Under the pieces are notes generated by a model that was given only the letters and a program-made list of their open reading frames with translations, was not told the origin of the DNA and made no database searches. A DNA stretch of 64,000 nucleotides, taken from assembly GCA_964423885.1 (NCBI GenBank), contig CAYRGD010000001.1, positions 24,156 to 88,155 on the forward strand, given 5' to 3'. The translations under genes were made by a program, and so were the position numbers. Source of the stretch: an uncultured Candidatus Saccharibacteria bacterium (GTDB lineage Bacteria; Patescibacteriota; UBA1384; JACPKC01). Shown piece after piece: positions 38,810 to 47,931 of this stretch. Position 1 is the stretch's first letter, and each line of letters starts with the position of its first letter.

Positions 38810-41305
38810 ATGGCACAAGACCCGGCGAACCTTCCGGCCGACCAGCTTGCCGATTTGGCATCGGTCACGGCTGCCGCCAAACAGCTCGGCTTGGACATGG
38901 CCCGCGTCGACGCGTCGAGCCCTGAACCGGCGGCGCTGAAGCTCATCGCCAAGCCCTTGGCGCTCGAACACCGCCTGGTGCCGCTGAAGCTCGACGGCAA
39001 ATCCCTGTACGTGGCGGTGTCCGACCCGTCGCTGCTGACCAAACCCGCGCCTGCGTTCCTGCAGGAACTCAAAGCCCAGGGTTACGTGCTCAAGCTGTTT
39101 CTGACCCCGGCCGCCGATTTTACGGCCGCGGTTACGGCCTACGACGCCCCGGCACCTGTGCCAGCTGCGCCCGAGCCCGCCGGTATCCCGGCTGCCCCGG
39201 CGACGGTGCCGCCCGTGGCACCGGCCGTTCCCACGCCAGCTCCCGTACCTGCGCCCGCCGCACCGCCGGTGATGCCGTCTGTCCCGGCTGCGGTGCCGAC
39301 ACCGCCTGCGCCTGCGGCCCCTGTACCTGTGCCGGCCTCGGTTATCTCGTCGCAGATCCCGGCCGTCGACCTCATGACGCGGCAGATCCCAAAGGCGACG
39401 CTCGAACGGTTCCCCGAAGACGTGGCGACCAAGTACCAGATCGTGGTCTTCGAACTGTCGGCCGACGGCAAGGAAGCGTCCGTAGCGGCGGTCAAACCCG
39501 ACGACCAGCGGATCCGGGATATCTTGAAATACGTCGAAGAGCGCAATGCGATCCGCATCCATTTGTACCGCACCGATCCCAAGGGGTTCGCCGCGGCGCT
39601 CAAGGGCTACCAGGTAGGCGTACTTGCGCCGAAGCCGTCGGTCGCGCCTGCTCCGGCACCGGTTCCCGCCTCGGCACCCGTGCCATTGGCCCGTGCCTCG
39701 GCCGACAAGATCGCCGCCGTCGCCGCCAAGCCGATGGCTGCCGTACCGCCGAAGCCTACGGCCCCGCTTCCGCCCGTACCGCCCGCCGCGGTGCCGCAAC
39801 CCGCGCCGATCGGAGGCACGATGCCCGCGCCCGGTGCCGTACCCGCACCGGTCCGCCCAGCTACTCCGGCCACTCCTGCGCCGACACCTGCCCAGCCGAA
39901 ACCGCTACCAGCGGCCCAACAACCTGCGTCCGACGACACCACTCCCACGATCACGCTCGCCGAACTCCAGAGCCAGGTCGGCCTGGCGGTCAATACCGAC
40001 ACCGAATCGGGCCAGGCCGCGATGGCCCAGCTCGTGAGCGGCGACGAACAGGCGAACCTTGACCAGACGCTCGGGACGCCGGTCAACGACTTCGCCGCGT
40101 TCGAGACGGTCATGAAGACCGGCCTTATTCCCAAGATCGTCGCGGCCATCGTCTACTACGCCTCGGTATTGCTCGCCTCGGACATCCACATCGAGCCGAG
40201 CGAGACCGCGCTCCGTGTCCGTTTCCGCATCGACGGCAAGCTGCGCAATGTCGTCAAATTGCCGGTCGAGCTCCATGCGCCGCTCACCTCGCGCATCAAG
40301 ATCCTGTCGAAATTGAAAATCGACGAGAACCGCCTGCCGCAAGACGGCCGGTTCAACGTCCAGGTCGCCAGCCACCAGGTCGACCTGCGCGTCTCGACGC
40401 TGCCCACGATCCACGGCGAAAAGGTGGTGATCCGCCTGCTCGACAAGACCGCGGGCGTGAAGCAGCTGTCGGCGCTGGGCTTGAACGGCATGAACCTGAA
40501 GCGCGTCAGCGAGGCGGTCACCAAACCGTACGGCATCATTCTGGTCACCGGCCCGACCGGCTCGGGCAAGTCGACCACGCTCTACGCGATGCTCACCGAA
40601 ATCAACCGGCCCGACGTGAACATCATCACGCTCGAAGACCCGGTGGAATACCAGGTCGAGGGGATCAACCAGACCCAAGTGAAGCCCGCGATCGGCTACA
40701 CCTTCGCCGACGGCCTGCGGTCGATCCTGCGTCAGGACCCGAACGTGATCATGGTCGGCGAAATCCGTGACTCGGAAACGGCCGGCCTGGCCACCCAGGC
40801 GGCGTTGACCGGCCACTTGGTGCTGTCGACGCTCCACACCAACAACGCGGCCGGGGCGATCCCGCGGCTCATCGACATGGACGTCGAGCCGTTCCTTATC
40901 GCCTCGTCGCTCGACATTATTATCGCCCAGCGCCTAGTGCGCCGCCTGTGCGAACAGTGCAAGGTGCCGGTGACGCCGCCGGCCGAAATCCTGGCCGAAA
41001 TCACGAAAGAACTCGACCAGTCGCCGGTGGCCGAGTTGAAGAACTTGGCCAAGCGCCCGATGGCGTTCTACGGACCCAAGGGCTGCGACCAGTGCGCCGA
41101 CGGCTACCAGGGACGGCTCGGTATCTACGAGGTGATCGCCATGTCCGAATCGATCGCGCAGCTGGCGATCAAGGAAGCCTCGGGATCGGTGATCGAGGAA
41201 ACCGCCCGCAAAGAGGGGATGATGAGTATGCGCCAAGACGGCATCCTGAAGGCGCTCGAAGGCCAGACCTCGATCGACGAAATCCTGCAGGCGACATCCG
41301 AGTAA
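38810..41305 (+). CDS. pilB: Type IV pilus assembly ATPase (GspE/PilB family)
   Basis: ASDIHIEP, RLPQDGRF, GPTGSGKSTT, LRQDPNVIMVGEIRD, TGHLVLSTLHTN and a CxxC pair; two N-terminal T2SSE_N-like domains with Pro/Ala linkers. Confidence 0.95.
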   Translation: MAQDPANLPADQLADLASVTAAAKQLGLDMARVDASSPEPAALKLIAKPLALEHRLVPLKLDGKSLYVAVSDPSLLTKPAPAFLQELKAQGYVLKLFLTPAADFTAAVTAYDAPAPVPAAPEPAGIPAAPATVPPVAPAVPTPAPVPAPAAPPVMPSVPAAVPTPPAPAAPVPVPASVISSQIPAVDLMTRQIPKATLERFPEDVATKYQIVVFELSADGKEASVAAVKPDDQRIRDILKYVEERNAIRIHLYRTDPKGFAAALKGYQVGVLAPKPSVAPAPAPVPASAPVPLARASADKIAAVAAKPMAAVPPKPTAPLPPVPPAAVPQPAPIGGTMPAPGAVPAPVRPATPATPAPTPAQPKPLPAAQQPASDDTTPTITLAELQSQVGLAVNTDTESGQAAMAQLVSGDEQANLDQTLGTPVNDFAAFETVMKTGLIPKIVAAIVYYASVLLASDIHIEPSETALRVRFRIDGKLRNVVKLPVELHAPLTSRIKILSKLKIDENRLPQDGRFNVQVASHQVDLRVSTLPTIHGEKVVIRLLDKTAGVKQLSALGLNGMNLKRVSEAVTKPYGIILVTGPTGSGKSTTLYAMLTEINRPDVNIITLEDPVEYQVEGINQTQVKPAIGYTFADGLRSILRQDPNVIMVGEIRDSETAGLATQAALTGHLVLSTLHTNNAAGAIPRLIDMDVEPFLIASSLDIIIAQRLVRRLCEQCKVPVTPPAEILAEITKELDQSPVAELKNLAKRPMAFYGPKGCDQCADGYQGRLGIYEVIAMSESIAQLAIKEASGSVIEETARKEGMMSMRQDGILKALEGQTSIDEILQATSE

Positions 41306-41314
41306 GGAGCGAGC

Positions 41315-42388
41315 ATGGACACCGACCGCACCCTGTCACCCGCGATCCAGCAGATTTTCGCGTTCGCTGCCGAACACGGCGCGTCCGACGTCCATATCAA
41401 GGTGGACGTGCCGCCCGTGGTGCGCATCGACGGCAAGCTGCGGTCGATCCCGGATATGCCGAGCTATACCGCCGACCAGGCCCGGGCCGACACGTTGTCG
41501 ACCTTGAGCCAGCACCAGCAGCAAGTGATCGCCGAGCAGCGCGAGCTCGACTTCTCGTTCTACTTCGGCGCCGTCCGCGTCCGCGCCAACGTCTACTTCG
41601 AAAAAGACAATCTGGTCGGCGCGTACCGCCTCATTCCCGATAAGCTCCGCACGGTGCAGGAGCTGGGCCTGCCGCCGATCATCGAGGACATGACCAAGGT
41701 GCGCCAAGGCCTGTTTATCGTCGCCGGCCCGACCGGCCACGGCAAATCGACCACGCTGGCCGCCATGGTCAACCTCATCAACCAGTCGCGGTCCGAAAAT
41801 ATCATCACGATCGAAGACCCGATCGAGTACGTGTTCCAGAATGCCCGGAGCATCATCTCGCAACGCGAGGTCGGTTCGGACACGCTGAATTTCGAGCACG
41901 CGCTCCGCAGCTCCTTGCGCCAAGACCCCGACGTCATTTTGGTGGGCGAGATGCGCGACCTCGAAACGATCGCCGCCGCGATTACGCTCGCTGAAACCGG
42001 CCACCTGGTGCTGACCACGCTCCACACCAACAACGCTGCCCAAACCGCCGACCGGATCCTGGACGTGTTCCCGCCGCACCAGCAGGCCCAGGTGCGGTCG
42101 CAATTGGCCAACATCCTGCTCGGCATCGTGTCCCAGCGGCTGCTGCCCAAGTTGAGCGGCGGCCGGATCGCCGCGGCCGAGATCCTGGTGGCCAACACCG
42201 CCGTGCGCACCACGATCCGCGAGGGCAAGACCCACCAATTGAACAACATCATCCAGACCAGCGCGTCCGAAGGCATGATCAGCCTCGACGACTCGCTGGC
42301 GGCGCTCGTGACCCGCGGCGAAGTGAGCCTCGACGACGCGCTCACCTGGGCGATCGACCCGAAGCACCTGAAATTGAAGCTCTACTAG
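41315..42388 (+). CDS. pilT: Type IV pilus retraction ATPase
   Basis: ASDVHI, GPTGHGKSTT, SQREVGSDT, AETGHLV and AVRTTIREGK (AIRNLIRE-like). Confidence 0.95.
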   Translation: MDTDRTLSPAIQQIFAFAAEHGASDVHIKVDVPPVVRIDGKLRSIPDMPSYTADQARADTLSTLSQHQQQVIAEQRELDFSFYFGAVRVRANVYFEKDNLVGAYRLIPDKLRTVQELGLPPIIEDMTKVRQGLFIVAGPTGHGKSTTLAAMVNLINQSRSENIITIEDPIEYVFQNARSIISQREVGSDTLNFEHALRSSLRQDPDVILVGEMRDLETIAAAITLAETGHLVLTTLHTNNAAQTADRILDVFPPHQQAQVRSQLANILLGIVSQRLLPKLSGGRIAAAEILVANTAVRTTIREGKTHQLNNIIQTSASEGMISLDDSLAALVTRGEVSLDDALTWAIDPKHLKLKLY

Positions 42389-42389
42389 T

Positions 42390-43436
42390 ATGCAGCTGCC
42401 GTTCCAGAACCGCATCGGCGTCAAGAACAAGGCGTTCTTAGCGCGCCAGATTTCCACCATGATCGCGAGCGGTCTGCCGCTCAACAAGGCGATCGCCATT
42501 TTGGCCGACCAGGAACGCAACCCGCGGATCAAGGAAATCCTGCTCGGGGTGCTCGAAAACCTCGAAGCCGGCGCGCCGTTCTCGACCGCGGCTGCCAAGT
42601 ATCCCGCGCTCTTCGACAAGATTTTCATCAACATCGTGGTCTCGGGCGAAACGGTGGGCAAACTGTCGGACGTATTGGGGCAGCTGGCCGACCAGTACGA
42701 GAAGGACGGCGAGTTCCGGGGCAAGATCAGCGGCGCCTTCGCGTACCCGGCGTTCATCATCGTGGCGATGCTGATCGTCGGCGCGGTCATGATGGTCTAT
42801 ATCGTGCCGCAGCTGCAGTCGATCTTCGACGAAGCCCACGCGACCCTGCCGTTGCCTACGCGGATCATTATCGGCTTGAGCACGTTCCTGCGCGACTACT
42901 GGTTCTTGGCGATCGCGGGCGTGGTCGGGGCGGTGGTGTTCGTGCAGGCCTACCTGCGCTCGGCGGCCGGCAAGCGGCTGCTCGACAACATCCAGATCCA
43001 CATTCCGGGCGGCGTCGGGGTCGAAATCTACATGACCCGCCTGGCGCAGACGCTTGGGATGCTGATCCAATCCGGTACGCCGATCATCGAAGCTCTGAAC
43101 GTTACCGCCGACGTACTCGACAACGTCTACTACGCCGAACTGCTCCGGAGCGCGGTCGGGCAGGTGAAGCGCGGTATCCCGCTGTCGGTGCCGTTGGGCG
43201 AAAGCACGTACTTCCCGCCGATCGTGAGCCAGATGGTATCGGTAGGCGAACAGACCGGCCAGCTCGACAAGATCCTCTTGAACCTGGGCGCCTACTACCA
43301 GGGCGAGGTCGACGACAAATTGAAGAACATCTCGGCGCTCGTCGAACCGATCATCATCGTGGTGGTGGGTATCGGCGTCGGGTTCCTGGTCTACTCGATC
43401 CTCATCCCGATCTACAATATCGCGCAGATCCAATGA
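42390..43436 (+). CDS. pilC: Type IV pilus platform protein (GspF/PilC)
   Basis: Two T2SSF domains (SGETVGKL, VGEQTGQL), YPAF, LPLPT and EPIII motifs. Confidence 0.93.
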   Translation: MQLPFQNRIGVKNKAFLARQISTMIASGLPLNKAIAILADQERNPRIKEILLGVLENLEAGAPFSTAAAKYPALFDKIFINIVVSGETVGKLSDVLGQLADQYEKDGEFRGKISGAFAYPAFIIVAMLIVGAVMMVYIVPQLQSIFDEAHATLPLPTRIIIGLSTFLRDYWFLAIAGVVGAVVFVQAYLRSAAGKRLLDNIQIHIPGGVGVEIYMTRLAQTLGMLIQSGTPIIEALNVTADVLDNVYYAELLRSAVGQVKRGIPLSVPLGESTYFPPIVSQMVSVGEQTGQLDKILLNLGAYYQGEVDDKLKNISALVEPIIIVVVGIGVGFLVYSILIPIYNIAQIQ

Positions 43437-43894
43437 CACGCCGGCGCTGGCAACACGGGTTCACGCTGCTCGAGGTGCTGGTCGTGGTGTCGGTGATCGG
43501 GATCCTGGCCGGGGTCGTGGCGGTCAACCTCAACTCGGCCCGGGTGCTCGCCCGCGATGCGCGGCGCAAGCAGGACGTGCAGCAGATCCAGTCGGCGCTC
43601 GAGCTCTACTACAACGACCACCGCGCCTACCCGGCCGGCGCTGCCAGCCTGGGCACCGAACTCAAGCAGTACCTGTCAACGATCCCCAAGGATCCGTCGA
43701 CGCTTGAAGAGTACACCTACGTCTCCGGCGGCGGTGCGACGGTCAACTGCACCCAGTGGTACGCGGTCACGTACCGGCTCGAAGACAAACGCGACGCGAT
43801 CTTCGGGCAGACCAGGCAGGTCAAAGGGTGCGACAAGTCGCGCCAATCCGACCAACAGACCGGCGACGTGGTCGTGGGCGCGTCGTTGCCGTAG
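43433..43894 (+). CDS. Type IV pilin (GspG-like)
   Basis: G|FTLLEVLVV cleavage/methylation motif; ARDARRKQDV...ALELYYND...YP. Confidence 0.9.
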   Translation: MTRRRWQHGFTLLEVLVVVSVIGILAGVVAVNLNSARVLARDARRKQDVQQIQSALELYYNDHRAYPAGAASLGTELKQYLSTIPKDPSTLEEYTYVSGGGATVNCTQWYAVTYRLEDKRDAIFGQTRQVKGCDKSRQSDQQTGDVVVGASLP

Positions 43895-43974
43895 AGCTGT
43901 CCACAGCTTGCGGCAGTGGAATTTGTGCGACAATGGCGACAAGACGCTCCGAGCGGAGCGATAGGAGGTACCGG

Positions 43975-44478
43975 ATGTTGCAACGTATGCGAGCGATGAG
44001 GAAAGACGGCGGCTTCACGCTGCTTGAGCTCTTGGTAGTGGTGGCGATCATCGCCATTTTGGCGACGCTCATCCTGGCCAACCTGAACCGCGCCCGCCAG
44101 CAGGCGAACGACGCGAAGGTGCAGGCTGAGACGAAAGCGGTGTCTGATGCCGTCCAGCTGTATATGACTGATCCGAGCAACCCGACCACCGCTATCACCT
44201 ATAGTGGCGTACTTCCTGGTGCAAGCAGTACTGTATTGTCCGGCTTGACGACTGCGTCGGCAGGATCGGCTGCACTGCTCCAGAAGCTCCCGACGCATCC
44301 GGCGCAAGGAAAGACGTATTATTATATCGGTCAAGTGAATAGCACGTCGGGCACGTTCGAGTACGTCGTTTGCGGCCCGCTTGTGAGCAAGGTGGGGTAC
44401 TTCTACGTCAAAAACGGCGTGGCGAATACGATCAACAACGTCGCCACCTGCCCGACAGCGTTTGCTTCCTATAACTAG
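43975..44478 (+). CDS. Type IV pilin, probable major pilin
   Basis: Own intergenic region and strong AGGAGG RBS; G|FTLLELLVVVAIIAILA; C-terminal Cys pair. Confidence 0.9.
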   Translation: MLQRMRAMRKDGGFTLLELLVVVAIIAILATLILANLNRARQQANDAKVQAETKAVSDAVQLYMTDPSNPTTAITYSGVLPGASSTVLSGLTTASAGSAALLQKLPTHPAQGKTYYYIGQVNSTSGTFEYVVCGPLVSKVGYFYVKNGVANTINNVATCPTAFASYN

Positions 44479-44482
44479 TGGA

Positions 44483-45301
44483 ATGAGTCAGTCGAGCATG
44501 CAAGCGGCCCTTCTGTGGCCGCTTGCTGCGTTCTTGGGACTGTTCGTCGGGTCGTACCTCAACGTGGTCGCCTGGCGGTGGTACCGAAGCGACCAGGAAT
44601 CGCCGCAACGGCTCACGAGCCGGAGCAAGTGCCCGCACTGCGGCAAGGTTCTTGGCTGGCGCGAGCTCGTGCCGGTCGTGAGCTTTCTCGTACAGCGCGG
44701 CCGGTGCGCGGGCTGCGCGACGCCGCTTAGTATCCGTTACCCGCTCGCCGAGCTCGGCACCGCGGCGGTCTTCGGCCTAGCCGTGGCCCGGTACGGCATC
44801 CATCCGCAGTCGGCGCTACTGCTCGTCATCGCATCGATCTTTGTCATGATCGCCTTGGTCGACGCCGAAACCCAGCTTATTCCGGATCGGCTGTCGCTGG
44901 CGGCGCTTATCGTGAGCCTCGGCGCGATCCTGGTACTGGGGGTACCCAACCTGATCGGCCGGCCAGTGACGCCGGGCGTGTTCCCGTTCGAGCACGGGGT
45001 AGCGGGCGGTGCCATCGCGGCCGGGATCCTGGGCGCGATCGTGCTCGGTACGCGCGGTCGCGGGATGGGGATAGGGGATATCAAGCTCGGAGCGGTGCTG
45101 GGGTTGAGCCTGGGCGGGCCAGCGACATTGCTGGCGCTCTTCACCGCGTTCGTGACCGGCGCGGCTGCGGGCTTACTGCTCATCCGCTCGAAGCACGCCA
45201 CGCTCAAGACCGCGATCCCGTTCGGCCCGTTCCTGGTGCTAGGCTGGCTGGTTGCCGCCCTGTGGGCGACGCCGGTGATCGCATGGTATACTGGCATCTA
45301 A
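44483..45301 (+). CDS. pilD: Prepilin peptidase/methyltransferase
   Basis: GSYLNVV, CPHC...CAGC, VDAETQLIPD, GMGIGDIKL and IPFGPFL motifs. Confidence 0.94.
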   Translation: MSQSSMQAALLWPLAAFLGLFVGSYLNVVAWRWYRSDQESPQRLTSRSKCPHCGKVLGWRELVPVVSFLVQRGRCAGCATPLSIRYPLAELGTAAVFGLAVARYGIHPQSALLLVIASIFVMIALVDAETQLIPDRLSLAALIVSLGAILVLGVPNLIGRPVTPGVFPFEHGVAGGAIAAGILGAIVLGTRGRGMGIGDIKLGAVLGLSLGGPATLLALFTAFVTGAAAGLLLIRSKHATLKTAIPFGPFLVLGWLVAALWATPVIAWYTGI

Positions 45302-45314
45302 CCGAAGGAGGGTC

Positions 45315-45800
45315 ATGCAGGTACTGAAACGCGGGTTCACCCTGGTCGAATTGCTGGTGGTCATCTCGATCATCGGCATCCTAGTGGGCGTCGTGGCAGT
45401 GAACGCCAATACCGCCCGCCGCCAAAGCCGCGACGCCAAGCGCAAGGCCGACCTGCAGAACGTAGCCGGCGCGCTTGAGCTGTACCGGACGACGAAGCAC
45501 ACCTATCCCACCGGCGTAACCTACGGCGCATCGTTGCGCACCGCCCTGGACGCGTTCACGAGCAATGTCCCGTCCGATCCTTCCGCGGGCGTTGCCAACG
45601 ACGGCAACTACGCGAACGGCGGCTACTACTACGCGTCGGACGGTACCAGGTTCGTGCTCGATGCCCGGCTGGAAAACGCCGCCGAGACGCCGACCATCAG
45701 CATCGCCAATCCGACGTCGCCTGCCGCTACCGGGTTCTACCAGACGGGCACGTACACCGACAGTTCCGGAAAAGCCCATTACCGCGTCGCCGGGCCGTGA
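45315..45800 (+). CDS. Type IV pilin (GspG-like)
   Basis: G|FTLVELLVVISIIGIL; SRDAKRKADL...ALELY; AAGGAGG RBS. Confidence 0.9.
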   Translation: MQVLKRGFTLVELLVVISIIGILVGVVAVNANTARRQSRDAKRKADLQNVAGALELYRTTKHTYPTGVTYGASLRTALDAFTSNVPSDPSAGVANDGNYANGGYYYASDGTRFVLDARLENAAETPTISIANPTSPAATGFYQTGTYTDSSGKAHYRVAGP

Positions 45801-45801
45801 C

Positions 45802-46335
45802 ATGGCGTCGGCGAGGGGCTTTAGCTTGGTCGAGCTGCTCATATCGATCGCGATCATCACGGTCTTGCTCGGTGTCGGCGTACCGGCGTTCCGCAACTAC
45901 GGCCAGGTAGCCGAGCTCAACCAGGCTGCGACCGACATCCAGCTCGCGCTCCTGCAAGCGCACAACCTGGCGCTCGCGCCCGAAACCGGCAAGCCGGCCG
46001 AGATCGACTACTACGGCGTGGCGTTCACGCAGGATCCCCAGCTCCGCCAATCGTTTACGGTCGTGCGCGGGCAGAAGGGTACGGCGAACATCGTCACCCC
46101 GTCCGACCTGCCGAACCCCGACCGGCACGAGCTGCCGGCCGGCATCACGGTGTCACCGATGCCGTTCACGGTCTACTACAAGGTCGGGCCGACCGGCGGC
46201 GTCATCATTACGCCTGTAAGCGGGAACGCGACGGTATCCGTTACGTCGAGCCGTCTGGCCGAGGGGCGCAACAAGGCGACGCTGACCGTCAACGCCGTGA
46301 CCGGCCAGGTATCGCTCACGAAGGCGGGGCAATGA
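45802..46335 (+). CDS. Minor pilin (FimT/GspH-like)
   Basis: G|FSLVELLISIAII...GVPAF; C-terminal VNAVTGQV. Confidence 0.85.
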   Translation: MASARGFSLVELLISIAIITVLLGVGVPAFRNYGQVAELNQAATDIQLALLQAHNLALAPETGKPAEIDYYGVAFTQDPQLRQSFTVVRGQKGTANIVTPSDLPNPDRHELPAGITVSPMPFTVYYKVGPTGGVIITPVSGNATVSVTSSRLAEGRNKATLTVNAVTGQVSLTKAGQ

Positions 46336-46901
46336 CGGCCCGGCGCGGCTTCGGCTTGCTCGAAGTGGTACTGGCGACCGGTATCCTGTCGCTCGTGGTC
46401 GGCGCCTCGACCGCGCTCATCCGCGGCTCGCTCCGACGGACCGCGCTCGCGGCCGACCGCGCGATCGCCATGAACCTGGCCCAGGAGTCGATCGAGCAGC
46501 TGCGCAGTGCCCGTGATTCCACCTACATCGACAACGACCCGGCCACGAACTGGGACACGTTCCTTGCGGTCTCGCGCGCGGACGGTGCGCTCACAGCCGA
46601 CGCCGATACGTGCGCCGATGCCAAGACGCTCACGCCGCCACCGGCCAGTCCGATCGGATCCAACACCAAGTGGACGTTGGCATCCGGCTGCCAACGCAGC
46701 CTAGTACTGGGTGACCGGACGTTCCAGCGCGAAATCTACATCCTGCCCGGCCCGGCCGGCATGGTACGGGCAGCAGGATTGCCGACGTCCGTGGCTGCGA
46801 CCGACGTTGTCCGCAAAGTACATGTGATCGTGCGCTGGGATAACAACCAGCAGGCGGTCGAGGCCAGTACCTACCTTACTAACTGGCGGTCAGGCTTATG
46901 A
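46332..46901 (+). CDS. Minor pilin (PilV/GspI-like)
   Basis: G|FGLLEVVLA; A..LAQE.IE.LR..RD; C-terminal V.V.W...YLTNW. Confidence 0.85.
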   Translation: MTARRGFGLLEVVLATGILSLVVGASTALIRGSLRRTALAADRAIAMNLAQESIEQLRSARDSTYIDNDPATNWDTFLAVSRADGALTADADTCADAKTLTPPPASPIGSNTKWTLASGCQRSLVLGDRTFQREIYILPGPAGMVRAAGLPTSVAATDVVRKVHVIVRWDNNQQAVEASTYLTNWRSGL

Positions 46902-47482
46902 CCGGGCAGCGCGGCTACACGCTGATCGAAGTCCTGGTCGCCTCGGCGATGTTCGTCGGCGTGATGGTGATCGGGGTCTCGTCGTTTTCGAGCGTCAACC
47001 GGGTCAACGAGCAGATCGAGACGACGCGGAAACTTACCCAAACCGGCACCTTCGTCATGGAAACCCTGGCCCGCGACATCCGTACCGCCACCGGCTACGC
47101 GGTGCCGCCGAGCCGTTCGTTAACCAGTAAACCATTCGCGTTCGTAGCGGTGAACGGCCAGCAGGGGATTCTGGTGCAGACCTGCCCTGACGGCGGCTGC
47201 AAAACGGCTGCCGACGTCGTCGCCAAGACCTACGCTTGGCAACGCGGCCAGCAGCGCGCAGCCGACGGCACGTTGCTTGCCGGCCAGCAGACATTGCTGC
47301 CCGCCGATGTGGCTATGACCGATTTCAGTGTGACCGGCAAAGACTTCACGACGCTCACGATCCAGCCCTACGCGACGATCGAGTTCACCGTGGCCGACAA
47401 GGACTGTCTCTTGGCAGGCCGCACCGATTGCGCCAAACAGACGTTCCGCACCACGGTCACCAGCCTGGTCTACGACCGGTAG
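46898..47482 (+). CDS. Minor pilin (PilW/GspJ-like)
   Basis: G|YTLIEVLVA; METLARDIRTA; C-terminal FRTTV. Confidence 0.85.
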   Translation: MTGQRGYTLIEVLVASAMFVGVMVIGVSSFSSVNRVNEQIETTRKLTQTGTFVMETLARDIRTATGYAVPPSRSLTSKPFAFVAVNGQQGILVQTCPDGGCKTAADVVAKTYAWQRGQQRAADGTLLAGQQTLLPADVAMTDFSVTGKDFTTLTIQPYATIEFTVADKDCLLAGRTDCAKQTFRTTVTSLVYDR

Positions 47483-47505
47483 GGATCTGGTATACTCGCG
47501 CTCGC

Positions 47506-47931
47506 ATGGCAGACTTCGTACTCAACACCGACGGTGGCGCACGCGGTAATCCCGGCCCGGCCGGTGCCGGCGCGGTGATCCAGGATGCGGCCGGCACGAC
47601 GGTCAAGGAAGTGTCTCGCAGCCTTGGCGAGATGACCAATAACCAGGCCGAGTACTGGGCGCTTATTTTCGGCCTGGAAGCGCTCGTAGAACTCGGCGCG
47701 GCCGGTACATTGGTCGAGATCCGGATGGATAGCGAGCTCATCGTCCAGCAATTGAAGGGTGCCTACAAAGTGAAGAACGAAGGGCTGCGGCCGCTCTACG
47801 CCCGTGCGTCCGAGCTCGTAGCCACGCTCGGCAGCGGTGTGCAGTTTGTCCACGTGCTGCGCCGGTTCAACAAACGGGCCGACGAGCTCGTGAACCAGGC
47901 GATCGACGCGGCACAGGGGCCACGCTCGTGA
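47506..47931 (+). CDS. rnhA: Ribonuclease HI family protein
   Basis: TDGGARGNPGPAG, TNNQAEY, DSEL and NKRADEL motifs; start at ATG 47506. Confidence 0.93.
   Translation: MADFVLNTDGGARGNPGPAGAGAVIQDAAGTTVKEVSRSLGEMTNNQAEYWALIFGLEALVELGAAGTLVEIRMDSELIVQQLKGAYKVKNEGLRPLYARASELVATLGSGVQFVHVLRRFNKRADELVNQAIDAAQGPRS

Noticed and set aside
39140-39950. Low-complexity Pro/Ala tracts in pilB as tandem DNA repeats
   Set aside because: These are imperfect coding linkers without a fixed nucleotide period.
37153-43906. DnaA-box-like 9-mers (TTATCCGCA at 37153 and CTGTCCACA near 43898) upstream of pilN and the major pilin
   Set aside because: They are single mismatched copies with no cluster or AT-rich unwinding element, so they do not support oriC or DnaA regulation.
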